Shown here one piece after another: positions 1 to 8,837 of a stretch of DNA of 64,000 nt. The stretch lies in contig JBGAUV010000002.1 in NCBI GenBank assembly GCA_044228445.1, positions 140,600 to 204,599 of the forward strand, read 5' to 3'. Position 1 is the first letter of the stretch; every line of letters starts with the position of its first letter. Source of the DNA: Minisyncoccia bacterium. Its GTDB lineage: Bacteria > Patescibacteriota > Minisyncoccia > Phycocordibacterales > PALSA-1337. The notes beneath the pieces were generated by a model that was given only the letters and a program-made list of their open reading frames with translations, made no database searches and was not told where the DNA came from. The position numbers and the translations under genes are program-made.

Positions 1-112
1 CACGGCGTTGAACTGGTCTGAAGTCGTAAGAAGGGCTTACTTGGAGCAGAAAAGCGTACACAGGGGCGAACAGGTGGCAAGAAGGGGTAAGTTTGTTGCT
101 GGGTCGCTTCTC

Positions 113-934
113 TTATTTGAAATCACCACCACTTTCATTCTCAAATTCCTTTCTGTATTGCTTCCAGCCAACAAAGTTTCCTACACGCTCATTTTCACTA
201 AGCGCTTGGGCCACATGCTCGAAAGGACTCCAGTGTCCCGATGATGCCAATCGTTCGCAAAGTTTTACATCACTTTCAACATCAGATGGTTTTCCATCAA
301 ATAGGAAATAGCTAACTCGGGCAGAACGTGCCGCACTTATCTTTTTCTTGAGTTCCGCATCAAGTTTATTTTCTTCGCCCTTTACGAAAGGCAAATGCCA
401 TTCACCCACCTTAAGCTTATCTGGCTTGGTCGATTCGAATATATTTATGATCTGTTTTGCTACTACCTGAATCTCTGGTTGTGCCGCAGGGTTGTCACGA
501 AGTTTAAGAAAATTACCCCATTCGGTAGCAGTAAGAACGATCTCTGTCATGATCCAAGGCTCGATCAATCGATTCAGGATTTCTTTATGTAGACCAGCTT
601 TCTCACCAATGTAATGGAAGAAACAAGCCACATATCGGGACCAAAGCCACACACGTTTTATAACAAAAAGTCGGAATCCTGTGATGGCCTCACCTGATGC
701 CATGCCAGCTTTATTTTCCCCGAAATAAACTGGGATGAAAGGTGTCAGGAGTACACGTGCACGCATTTTCTTTGCAGGTACTGCACGGCTTGATGCTGCA
801 TTTCTTGAGAGTGATCGGTGACTATTGATGTGTGGTTGTATGAATTTTGGTACTTTCAAAACAAACGTTGCGATCTTTTTTCCAGTCGCTTCACATTCAG
901 AGAGTGCTATCAGTTTTGTAGTTATTTCATTCAT
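113..934 (-). CDS. thyX: FAD-dependent thymidylate synthase (phage-type ThyX)
   Basis: ThyX signature variant SHRSLSRNAASSRAVP, plus ATEWGNFLKLR, AQPEIQ, SAARSARVSY and GHWSPFEH, as in phage-type ThyX. Confidence 0.88.
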   Translation of the reverse strand: MNEITTKLIALSECEATGKKIATFVLKVPKFIQPHINSHRSLSRNAASSRAVPAKKMRARVLLTPFIPVYFGENKAGMASGEAITGFRLFVIKRVWLWSRYVACFFHYIGEKAGLHKEILNRLIEPWIMTEIVLTATEWGNFLKLRDNPAAQPEIQVVAKQIINIFESTKPDKLKVGEWHLPFVKGEENKLDAELKKKISAARSARVSYFLFDGKPSDVESDVKLCERLASSGHWSPFEHVAQALSENERVGNFVGWKQYRKEFENESGGDFK

Positions 935-2055
935 AACTTTTCAATGACATCAGTGACCATTTCTGGTACATCTACGAAGCCCGAGTCTTTGATGTTTGAA
1001 GTAGATGCATACAGGGCTGATCCATAAAGTAAGGCTATCGTTTTTTCTATTTCGATTGGCGTAGATTCATAGCGTTTACCCTTGAATGTGATTGGAAATC
1101 CGTTATTGATAAGAGTGATATTATTCCAACGAATATCGCCATGCACATTGTCGCTTGGTTGTGTGGCTCCATTTCTTAAAAAAGTTGCTGGAAATTCTCT
1201 GTCGGATGAGGACATGCTTATAAGATAGATGCCGCTTGTAATTTTCTTATCGAGTTTGGCGATTTGTTCTGGCGTTAGAATATTTTTTCCCGTAACTCCG
1301 ACGACAGTATTTATGCGATTTTTTACAATAAAATCGACAAGCTCTTTCTCTGAATGAAAAGCTGTATCATGTCCGGTTACAAAATATCCGGCTTCTTGAA
1401 GAATAAGCATGGTATTGTTGCCCATTGGTCCGAGTCCAACTACTAAAATGCGCGGTTCAGTTACATTGTATTTGCGTATTACGTCTTCGATGCGATCGCA
1501 GCCGAGGCGTGCAATAAGTGGGCTTTCTTTATCCAATTTTATTTTAGAACGAGCAACATTGATGATTGGGAAAGATATCGACTTATTCTCAAGTTTGCGA
1601 AAACCAGATGATGTCTGTTCAATACCGACAATTTTTACTGAAATTGGCAGTTTATCTTTACGCTCGTTGAAGATATTTAACAATTCAGCTCCGTCATCAA
1701 TAATAATTACTGTGCTGGTGTCACTCAGTTTTCCTATAAGCTTTGAAAACAAATCTTCACAATTTTCTCTGTGCTGGTCATCAAAGGAGATATTGGGATC
1801 GAATGCTGGTTGCTCTGCGTCGAACCCAGAATCTTGTAATTCTTTTAGTACTTCGGTATTGGTGGAATAGATTTTGCCAATAGTATGAATGTTTTCCTTA
1901 GGTATGCCGAAGTCGGAAAGGAGGGCGAACATTTTCTCTTGTGGCTCCATGAGGTGTTGACATGCGCAAATATGCACATCTTTCAGTGACTCGTTTTGTT
2001 TTGGGAAAGCATCGGTAATGGCTTTCAAAAGTGGATAATTGTAGGAGTCTTTCAT
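931..2055 (-). CDS. S-adenosylhomocysteine hydrolase-like NAD-binding protein
   Basis: IIDDGAEL, GIEQTSSG and FPIINVARSKIK resemble AdoHcyase LDDGGDL/EETTTG/PAINVNDS segments; Rossmann motif VVGLGPMG; 4-bp overlap with thyX. Confidence 0.65.
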   Translation of the reverse strand: MKDSYNYPLLKAITDAFPKQNESLKDVHICACQHLMEPQEKMFALLSDFGIPKENIHTIGKIYSTNTEVLKELQDSGFDAEQPAFDPNISFDDQHRENCEDLFSKLIGKLSDTSTVIIIDDGAELLNIFNERKDKLPISVKIVGIEQTSSGFRKLENKSISFPIINVARSKIKLDKESPLIARLGCDRIEDVIRKYNVTEPRILVVGLGPMGNNTMLILQEAGYFVTGHDTAFHSEKELVDFIVKNRINTVVGVTGKNILTPEQIAKLDKKITSGIYLISMSSSDREFPATFLRNGATQPSDNVHGDIRWNNITLINNGFPITFKGKRYESTPIEIEKTIALLYGSALYASTSNIKDSGFVDVPEMVTDVIEKL

Positions 2056-2121
2056 TTTTTAATGATATCACGGGGACGGATCAAATCCTTAATTTAAGCC
2101 CTTAGATAATAACATAAGTAG

Positions 2122-2150
2122 TTGACTTTGTAAAGTTTTTGTGCTAGTTT
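2122..2150 (+). promoter_or_regulatory. sigma-70 promoter of the radical SAM gene
   Basis: TTGACT-17 bp-TAGTTT with extended TG; SD-like AAAGGA at 2191-2196. Confidence 0.55.
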
Positions 2151-2203
2151 AACCTCAGTAATTTCCGAACGAAAAAACACTCAAAAAACGAAAGGACTTT
2201 GTC

Positions 2204-4066
2204 ATGAAAAAACAATACTGGCTGATTCCGCTTCTCCTGGTGGCATTCATCAGGGCGGAAATGGTCGTAACTCCCGCATGGGACAGTTACGGCAAACCGG
2301 AAATGATCACCTACAACGCCTCACGGCGTGTGTATGTTGATCGGACCAACCGGATGGAAAACTGGGCGATCGCATACCGCAACACCAGCGCAGAAACACA
2401 GAAAATCTACGAGGACTTGAAAAAGCCTTTGGAGATTCCGGCCAAGCGCAAGCTCGTTTTGAAGCTCCGGACAGATTTGTTCTGTGAACAAAGGAACTAC
2501 ACATGCGCAGGCATGATGTTCCTCTCGAAGCATTCTCAAAGACGGCGACTCGTTCTGATCAACGTCGAACGGAAAGCTGACTACGAGGCACAGTATCGGG
2601 TCTGGCCGCATCTTGGCATTCTCTCTGTCGGCACTGCTGCACATGAAGAAGGCTGGGAAGTTGTGCTCTGGGACGAACTTGTCCAAGGACATGCTCCTCT
2701 TGATAAGTTAATTCAGGAGGATGACATTGTCGGATTAAGTCTCATTGTCTCGGGCATTGAACGCGGCATCGATCTTGCTCATGAAGCCAAGGAACGTGGG
2801 GCTCGGTATGTCATCGCTGGAAACGATTCAGCAATCTTCCGAGCAAACCAACTCCTTCGGCTTCCCGACAAACCGATTGACGCGGTCTTCACTTCGAACA
2901 GCCTGAATGCGGTCCGTCGCTTCTTCCGAGAAATCAACAACACGGGCATTGAAGGTATCCGCATTGCCGACGTACAAACTACGCCGGATGTGCAGAATAA
3001 GTCCAATGAACGGAGTCAGTTACTCGTTGAGATGGGCGATCGCAAACAGCTCAAGGATAGAGGAAGGTTCGAATCGGATGATGTCTTCATTGTCCCGAAG
3101 CTCGATCTTTTCCCTGAATCCTACTGGCAGGAGGTCTGGACTAACTATCGGTCGCAGTTCGGGAAGAAACACTCGAACCCAACGACTGTAAAAAATGGTC
3201 TGGCGCTTCTCGCTCAGGGCTGCACCAGGACTCGAGGAATTGATGTGTGCAGGTATTGCAGCATCTACGGCGTTGGAGACCTTCGTTTCCCATACCGCAA
3301 ATACGTTGTGGACCTTGCTGAGACCCTGAAAAGTTTCGGCATCGATATGGTCTTCAATGCAACCGACTCGGCCTTCGAAATGCGTCCTGTAGTTCAATCC
3401 TTGATCGAGGAGAATATCCGCTTCAACGGCTTGGAAATATATGTACGAGCTCAAGGCATCGCTCGAGCTCCGCAGTTGCTCGAAGAATGGATGTCGGTCG
3501 TCAAAGACCGCTTCATTGTCAATTGCGGTATGGACTCCGGTGACGATACTTCGCTCAAGCAAGGCATTGTGAAGTCATCGGTTCGTGGAGGTTCGCGTTT
3601 CGGTGAGAATCGAGAAGCAGTCCTTAACCTCAAGAAAAGTGGGGCACATCTTCACTACTCGCTCATCTTCGGTTCGCCTGGAGAGACGAGGGATACATGC
3701 GAAAGAAGTATGGAGTTTCTTGAGTGGACGATCGATACCTTGGGGAATCAGTTGGATATCTGCGAAACAGATTACTTCTGGCTGAACTTCGGTTCACCGG
3801 CCGCGCAAGTCTTCCACGACTATTCCTACGCACAAGAGCTTGCTGCCATGGCTCAGAAGTCAATCTCAAGGGAGGAATGGGAAATCAACTTTGCAAGTGT
3901 CGCCGATGCACTATCTGTGCCTGACGATACGGAAAAAGCATGGTACCGATTCTTCACGAGGATTGATTACGATACTGCAACGGAATACAACGAACGAGCC
4001 AGGTTGCGAATGGAGAAGGTCACCGGTAGCATTCGTGGCCGAGCGTTCCTTCCGCCGGTAAGTTGA
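2204..4066 (+). CDS. B12-binding-domain radical SAM protein with N-terminal signal-peptide-like extension
   Basis: PHLGILSVGTAAHEEGWEVVLWD...IVGLS...VIAG matches the class B cobalamin-binding N-domain; GCTRTRGIDVCRYC Fe-S motif; GMDSGDD; IFGSPGET. Alternative start at MMFLSK (~2514). Confidence 0.8.
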   Translation: MKKQYWLIPLLLVAFIRAEMVVTPAWDSYGKPEMITYNASRRVYVDRTNRMENWAIAYRNTSAETQKIYEDLKKPLEIPAKRKLVLKLRTDLFCEQRNYTCAGMMFLSKHSQRRRLVLINVERKADYEAQYRVWPHLGILSVGTAAHEEGWEVVLWDELVQGHAPLDKLIQEDDIVGLSLIVSGIERGIDLAHEAKERGARYVIAGNDSAIFRANQLLRLPDKPIDAVFTSNSLNAVRRFFREINNTGIEGIRIADVQTTPDVQNKSNERSQLLVEMGDRKQLKDRGRFESDDVFIVPKLDLFPESYWQEVWTNYRSQFGKKHSNPTTVKNGLALLAQGCTRTRGIDVCRYCSIYGVGDLRFPYRKYVVDLAETLKSFGIDMVFNATDSAFEMRPVVQSLIEENIRFNGLEIYVRAQGIARAPQLLEEWMSVVKDRFIVNCGMDSGDDTSLKQGIVKSSVRGGSRFGENREAVLNLKKSGAHLHYSLIFGSPGETRDTCERSMEFLEWTIDTLGNQLDICETDYFWLNFGSPAAQVFHDYSYAQELAAMAQKSISREEWEINFASVADALSVPDDTEKAWYRFFTRIDYDTATEYNERARLRMEKVTGSIRGRAFLPPVS

Positions 4067-4080
4067 AGTTCTTTGATCAC

Positions 4081-4114
4081 AAGGCCCTCTGGTTCACTCC
4101 GGAGGGTCTTTTTT
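4081..4114 (+). terminator. intrinsic terminator
   Basis: AAGGCCCTCTGG-TTCACT-CCGGAGGGTCTT followed by T tract. Confidence 0.8.
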
Positions 4115-4133
4115 CGTGATAAAATGTAAAAAC

Positions 4134-4793
4134 ATGAAAGAAAAAGCCATTGAAATACTGACACAAGTCCAAAAAGATAACCCGTTCATTAAGTCTATTT
4201 ACCTCTGGGGATCGATTACGACAGACGAATATACTGAAGGAAAAAGTGATATAGATGCTATAGCTTTTGTTGAGGAAAACACAGATTCTTCTGCAAGAGA
4301 CAGGATCAATGAAGTTCTTAGTAAAGAAATTTCTAGTCTCAAGATTAATTTTCTTTATGAATCAGAGCTGAATGATGGTCCATCAAAAGGCGGTCTTACG
4401 AAAGTCATACATCCTGCAGTAATTCTTTATGATTTTCCTGCATGGATTTATATAGATGGTGCTCAGTATAGAAAAGAAGATTTTAGTTCAGGTAGAACCT
4501 CATTAGATGAAGTTATAGGTATTTTAACAAACACGATTAAGGACAGGTTCCTACCTATTCCAAACGAGCAGGATTGTGTTTATTTTGTAAAAGCAGTAGC
4601 AAAACTTTTATATTTCAAAAATCAGAGAAGCTTACCATTCAAAGCATTTCGGTATGCTGACTTGATCGTTGATTCTAATGTGGAGGACAAAGATATTGCA
4701 GTTATTATTAGTGAGCTAAAGAAATCAAGTTGGAATCGACAGTTAATAGCTGAAAAAGCACCAGAAATTATTTCTTTTGTTAACCGTCTATAG
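4134..4793 (+). CDS. Pol-beta superfamily nucleotidyltransferase domain protein
   Basis: SIYLWGS...KSDID motif followed by a helical C-domain; ATG at 4134 lies 8 nt after TGaTAAAAT. Confidence 0.75.
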   Translation: MKEKAIEILTQVQKDNPFIKSIYLWGSITTDEYTEGKSDIDAIAFVEENTDSSARDRINEVLSKEISSLKINFLYESELNDGPSKGGLTKVIHPAVILYDFPAWIYIDGAQYRKEDFSSGRTSLDEVIGILTNTIKDRFLPIPNEQDCVYFVKAVAKLLYFKNQRSLPFKAFRYADLIVDSNVEDKDIAVIISELKKSSWNRQLIAEKAPEIISFVNRL

Positions 4794-4796
4794 ATT

Positions 4797-4824
4797 TTGA
4801 ATTTGGTAACTTATGGAGTATACT
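4797..4824 (+). promoter_or_regulatory. promoter of the three-gene protease cassette
   Basis: TTGAAT-16 bp-TATACT. Confidence 0.45.
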
Positions 4825-4865
4825 AGGGGTGTTAAAGAGATAGAGGTGGTCCCTTTCTGTAACCT

Positions 4866-5066
4866 ATGAATATGAAAGACAAATTTTTCAAATTTTACGC
4901 CAATCTTCCTATGAATCTTCGTAAGGAGATTGTTTTAGATTTGGGTGCAGACCAAGGTGGTCCTATCACTTGGGAAGTGGCCTATAGAGAAATAGATGCT
5001 GATACAGATTTGGGTAAAAAGATACTTGAAAAATTAATCGAGCTTAAATTCATTCCTACTGAATAA
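4866..5066 (+). CDS. small hypothetical protein, paralog of the next gene
   Basis: 66-aa ORF, first in a tight operon; shares P-x3-EV-x3-E-x4-T-x2-GKK-x2-E with 5070..5306. Confidence 0.8.
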   Translation: MNMKDKFFKFYANLPMNLRKEIVLDLGADQGGPITWEVAYREIDADTDLGKKILEKLIELKFIPTE

Positions 5067-5069
5067 ATT

Positions 5070-5306
5070 ATGAATCAAAATGTAACAAACAATCCAGTAG
5101 AATTAAACCAGGATATCATCAACTTGGTTATTGCTCGTTTGAAGACTATTCCCTCAAACGCAACCCTTTCTGTTGGTAGTGATAAAGAACCGATGTCAGC
5201 AGAAGTTCTTATTGAGGAAGTAAAGAAACAAACTGAAATTGGTAAGAAGCTTATTGAATCACAACTCTTTTTCTTGCGCTCTCTGCAGGATTTACCTGTA
5301 GCCTAA
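5070..5306 (+). CDS. small hypothetical protein, paralog of the previous gene
   Basis: 78-aa ORF with 3-nt and 8-nt gaps to its neighbours. Confidence 0.8.
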   Translation: MNQNVTNNPVELNQDIINLVIARLKTIPSNATLSVGSDKEPMSAEVLIEEVKKQTEIGKKLIESQLFFLRSLQDLPVA

Positions 5307-5314
5307 TATGATTT

Positions 5315-5938
5315 ATGTCACTTCTTATCACTCGCCCAAAATATGAATTGGTCACTCACTATTTCTACCATTGGAGTGAGGAAATTGTAAAAGAAGCTAA
5401 GAAAAGGATATCGAGCGTTATTGATCTTCAAAAAGAGAAGGCTTCTCGAAAACTTGTCGATAGTTATCTTGAGAAACAAAAGCCGGAGATAGCTATTTTC
5501 AATGGTCATGGCAATGATGTATGTATCACAGGACACAATCAAGAGGTCCTTATTGAGTCTGGTAAAAACTCTCACTTACTTAAGGACAAAGTTGTATATA
5601 TGCGCTCATGTGACTCTGGCAAGACGCTCGGACCACAGGCTATAAAAGAGGGCTGTAAGGCATTTATCGGTTATCGAGAACCTTTTAATATTTGGACAGA
5701 CAGAACGTCAGTCAATGAGCCTTTGAAAGATACATACGCTAAACCTTTCTTTGAAACTTCAAACGAAGTGCCACTTTCTCTAATCAAGGGCAAGACTGCC
5801 CGGGAAGCTCATAATGAAAGCATGACTGCATACCGTAAAGTTATCTCTCATCTGCTTACAAGCAATGCTGAAAACTCATTCGTAGTATCTGACCTTATTT
5901 GGAATATGCATAACCAGGTGTGTTTGGAGAAAAATTAG
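5315..5938 (+). CDS. putative clan CD (caspase/CHAT/gingipain-fold) cysteine protease
   Basis: IAIFNGHG and VVYMRSC: hydrophobic strand-His-Gly and strand-Ser-Cys dyad pattern, followed by AFIGY. Confidence 0.65.
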   Translation: MSLLITRPKYELVTHYFYHWSEEIVKEAKKRISSVIDLQKEKASRKLVDSYLEKQKPEIAIFNGHGNDVCITGHNQEVLIESGKNSHLLKDKVVYMRSCDSGKTLGPQAIKEGCKAFIGYREPFNIWTDRTSVNEPLKDTYAKPFFETSNEVPLSLIKGKTAREAHNESMTAYRKVISHLLTSNAENSFVVSDLIWNMHNQVCLEKN

Positions 5939-5940
5939 TG

Positions 5941-6432
5941 ATGCATACATTTCTTAAAAAAGATTCATTGGATAGTTGGAATACATTGCCGCCGGTGCCA
6001 ACTGAAAAAATTATAAATGTAAATTGTCACAAATTTGTCTTATGCGAGTTAGGAAAAATTACTTGGGACAATATGGTCTCTGAGAGTAGGGACGAAGATT
6101 TCACTTTTGGTGAGAAAATTCGAGGTATATCAGATCTTTCTTATAGGCATATAACCACTCTCGAATCATTACTGTCACTTGCTGGTGAGGTGTGTAACGT
6201 CGGCAAGATTTACATTGGTCAAATCCGAGACTCGCAAACGGGAGAGATGGCACATTCATTTATTGTTGATGTGCAGCAGAATAATCATTATGTGTGCTTT
6301 GATAAGCCGGGGTTTAAATATCCCTTTCAAGTCAGCAATCTTGAGGAAATCTGGGGCTTCGTCAATAAAGATGGTGAGAGGTCAAATCAAAATCAAGAAT
6401 GGAGATTTATACCAATCGAGGAAGTGAGGTGA
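5941..6432 (+). CDS. hypothetical protein, possible papain-like Cys-His-Asp fold
   Basis: NCHKFV...AHSFI...FDKPG order of residues; ATG 2 nt after the upstream stop. Confidence 0.55.
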   Translation: MHTFLKKDSLDSWNTLPPVPTEKIINVNCHKFVLCELGKITWDNMVSESRDEDFTFGEKIRGISDLSYRHITTLESLLSLAGEVCNVGKIYIGQIRDSQTGEMAHSFIVDVQQNNHYVCFDKPGFKYPFQVSNLEEIWGFVNKDGERSNQNQEWRFIPIEEVR

Positions 6433-6543
6433 ATATTGCGAACATTGTGCACTTTATCGGGTAAGCACGGCACTTAGGGATTGCAGAGCAAATTTAGTAT
6501 AATCCTTAACACCCGCCAGTTCTGAAAGCCAAGTTGAGGGGTC

Positions 6544-6592
6544 ATGCAATAAAAACAAAGGGCATCTATGATGCCTTTTGTTTTTGTTGCAT
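6544..6592 (+). terminator. 23-bp inverted repeat, bidirectional terminator-like hairpin
   Basis: ATGCAATAAAAACAAAGGGCATC-TAT-GATGCCTTTTGTTTTTGTTGCAT; both mismatches are G-U pairs on the + strand. Confidence 0.7.
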
Positions 6593-6680
6593 ATGATTCT
6601 ACTGGAGATGAGAAGGCCGGACTGAGCGAAGGCGAAGGAGGCGGGGTCGACAGCCGAGCTAGCAGGCGAGGACTAGTGAC

Positions 6681-6699
6681 CGATTCCCTGCAGGGTCAC
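6681..6699 (+). mobile_element. putative att site (duplicated tRNA 3' end), right border of an island
   Basis: CGATT-CCCTG-CAGGGTC-A-C parses as T-loop remnant, T-stem 3' strand, acceptor 3' strand and discriminator; no 5' tRNA half is present. Confidence 0.45.
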
Positions 6700-6885
6700 G
6701 ATTGACTTTTATAAAAAGTATGCTATTATTTTAATGCTAGTTCTTTGATTATTTGTCATAGCTGAAAGTGACTTAATTTGTAGGTAATTTTCGGCTATGA
6801 CAAAACCGTGATTGCGGCAATGTCATCTTGTACAAAAAATGGTATTCCTTTCAAGGATACGCCAACAAAGTGAAAGACTAAACCA

Positions 6886-7638
6886 ATGAATGGTACAGCT
6901 GATAAGGTGGAAATTGAAGAAGTTGATCTGTGTGATGATGGAAGGAGCTTGCCAGGGACAGAGTTGTCCTTAGCACACTCACTTTTCTGTGCACTGCGAG
7001 ACGAAGGTTTTGATGAAAGTGACATTGGTAAGCTTGTAAAAGCAAAGCCTGAGTTGCTCGGGTATATCCTCGGATTTCTACGAGGAGAAGTTCAACTTCA
7101 CGATATTCCTTGCGAACTTGTAAACCTGGACAAACATCCTGGTATTAAGCGTGACAAGAAAAAGAAAATCAACTTGTTCAGGGATCTCAGATTGGGTACA
7201 TGGCTCACGGATTGGTCTGACGGGATAAAAATCGCTGGCAAGTATGTTGACATTGTTCGCCCGAGGGGATTAGGTCTGCAGAGCCGTGGCTTTTTTACCC
7301 GAAGTACACTCAATCCTGAAAAAAACAGGGATGAGTATTGTATCGACCTAAATGCGCAGGCGGCAAAGTGGTTCTATGAGAATCACAAAGACGCAACCCG
7401 TAACTTCTTTGAGTGTGTAGGTCGTATAGCGAAATCCGACGAATGGAATGATGATAAAATCTTCTTTTTGGGAACACTTTGGTCAGTGGATGGAGTAGCT
7501 CATGCCATGGCTTTGGTATCGGATAGTGAAGGTTATATTTACTGTCGACTCGAGCCACTTCCAAGTGGTGATTGGCCAGAGAACTGCTATATTGCTGTTC
7601 TGGTTGATAACCTAGAAGTGCTTAAGAGTTACAAGTAG
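6886..7638 (+). CDS. hypothetical protein
   Basis: 250-aa ORF; upstream TTGACT-16-TATTAT promoter (6702-6729); downstream terminator. Confidence 0.75.
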   Translation: MNGTADKVEIEEVDLCDDGRSLPGTELSLAHSLFCALRDEGFDESDIGKLVKAKPELLGYILGFLRGEVQLHDIPCELVNLDKHPGIKRDKKKKINLFRDLRLGTWLTDWSDGIKIAGKYVDIVRPRGLGLQSRGFFTRSTLNPEKNRDEYCIDLNAQAAKWFYENHKDATRNFFECVGRIAKSDEWNDDKIFFLGTLWSVDGVAHAMALVSDSEGYIYCRLEPLPSGDWPENCYIAVLVDNLEVLKSYK

Positions 7639-7672
7639 CGCTTCATAAGTTGAAGAACTTATTAAAATCTTC

Positions 7673-7700
7673 AAGCCACACCCCGATAGGTGTGGCTTTT
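7673..7700 (+). terminator. intrinsic terminator
   Basis: AAGCCACACC-CCGATA-GGTGTGGCTT-TT. Confidence 0.8.
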
Positions 7701-7774
7701 ATCATATTTAATTTTGCTATAAACAAAGACAATAATTTTTATTTATGCTAAATTAATTTAATACATAAACTAAC

Positions 7775-8374
7775 ATGCCCCAAAAACCCATTATAGCCAT
7801 TGATATTGATGATGTTCTTGCAGAAAATGCTCGTGGTTTTGTGGAATGGAGTAATAAAAGGTTTGATACTAGTTTAACTCCTGATGATTATAATGAACAT
7901 TGGTCTGAAATGTGGAAGATTGACAATGAAGAATTAGAAAAAAGAGCACATGAATTTCGTAACTCAGATCATGTTAGTGCATACAGTGCAATTCCGGGAG
8001 CTAAACAAGCTTTAGAAATACTTAAGACTAAATTCACACTTATTCTTATCACAAGTCGTGTGGCTACAATGAAAAATTTAACAAAAGAATGGATTGAAAA
8101 AAATTATCCAAATATCTTTAGTGACTATATCTTTTGTGGTTTTTATGATGGTCCTGTGTCCAGTGGTTTAAAATTAACAAAAGCAGAATTTGCAAAAGAT
8201 ATAAAAGCTGATTATTTAATAGATGATCAAGTTAAGCATGTGGAAGCATGTTCAAATCTAGGAATTAAATCATTATTATTTGGTAATTATTCTTGGAATA
8301 AGGATGTAAAGCTAAATAATAATATAACTAGGGTAAGTGATTGGGGAGAGGTGTTGAGATATTTTAATTTATAA
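7775..8374 (+). CDS. HAD-superfamily 5'(3')-deoxyribonucleotidase (NT5C-like)
   Basis: IAIDIDDVLA motif I, LITSR motif II, K...LIDD motifs III/IV, YSWN. Confidence 0.85.
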   Translation: MPQKPIIAIDIDDVLAENARGFVEWSNKRFDTSLTPDDYNEHWSEMWKIDNEELEKRAHEFRNSDHVSAYSAIPGAKQALEILKTKFTLILITSRVATMKNLTKEWIEKNYPNIFSDYIFCGFYDGPVSSGLKLTKAEFAKDIKADYLIDDQVKHVEACSNLGIKSLLFGNYSWNKDVKLNNNITRVSDWGEVLRYFNL

Positions 8375-8381
8375 AACAAAA

Positions 8382-8411
8382 CTCGCGTAGAAGCCGAAGC
8401 ATTCTACGCGA
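8382..8411. terminator. hairpin between convergent genes
   Basis: CTCGCGTAGAA-GCCGAAGCA-TTCTACGCGAG; T-rich tail on the minus strand. Confidence 0.7.
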
Positions 8412-8418
8412 GGGTTGG

Positions 8419-8703
8419 TCAAAGGAGTCTGCCGATTTTAGCTTCAATTGACCTAACCACATCAGGGTGTGGGTAATTCTCAGTGATAGCAGTAGCAATG
8501 ACTGCTGCAATACCGCCAGTTGCCCAGTACTTCCAAAAACTAATTTTGTACTGGCCACTTACTGGATCAAATTCAACCCAGTTTTTTGAATTCTTACTTT
8601 TGAACTTAGGTTCTGTCATTGTTCCTTTGACAGTGAGTCCGAATTCCTTCGCAACCTTCCCCAGCTGTTCCTTGCTGAGGACCGACTTTTGAGTTGTTTT
8701 CAT
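8419..8703 (-). CDS. small hypothetical protein
   Basis: 94-aa ORF with TTGACT-17-TATATA promoter upstream (from 8756) and a hairpin downstream. Confidence 0.65.
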   Translation of the reverse strand: MKTTQKSVLSKEQLGKVAKEFGLTVKGTMTEPKFKSKNSKNWVEFDPVSGQYKISFWKYWATGGIAAVIATAITENYPHPDVVRSIEAKIGRLL

Positions 8704-8837
8704 CGTTCTTTTTTTACCGCCACATACTATATAACATATTTCAGGATATAAGTCAATGTTAGATTTTACCTTATTTATTAATCATTTTATAACAATAATA
8801 TTTAATATATAATGTATACAATACTTTTTTAAATAAA

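Noticed and set aside
8-311. Plus-strand ORFs 8..244 and 93..311
   Set aside because: They overlap thyX antisense and have no recognisable motifs; 8..244 could be the tail of an upstream gene, but this cannot be supported
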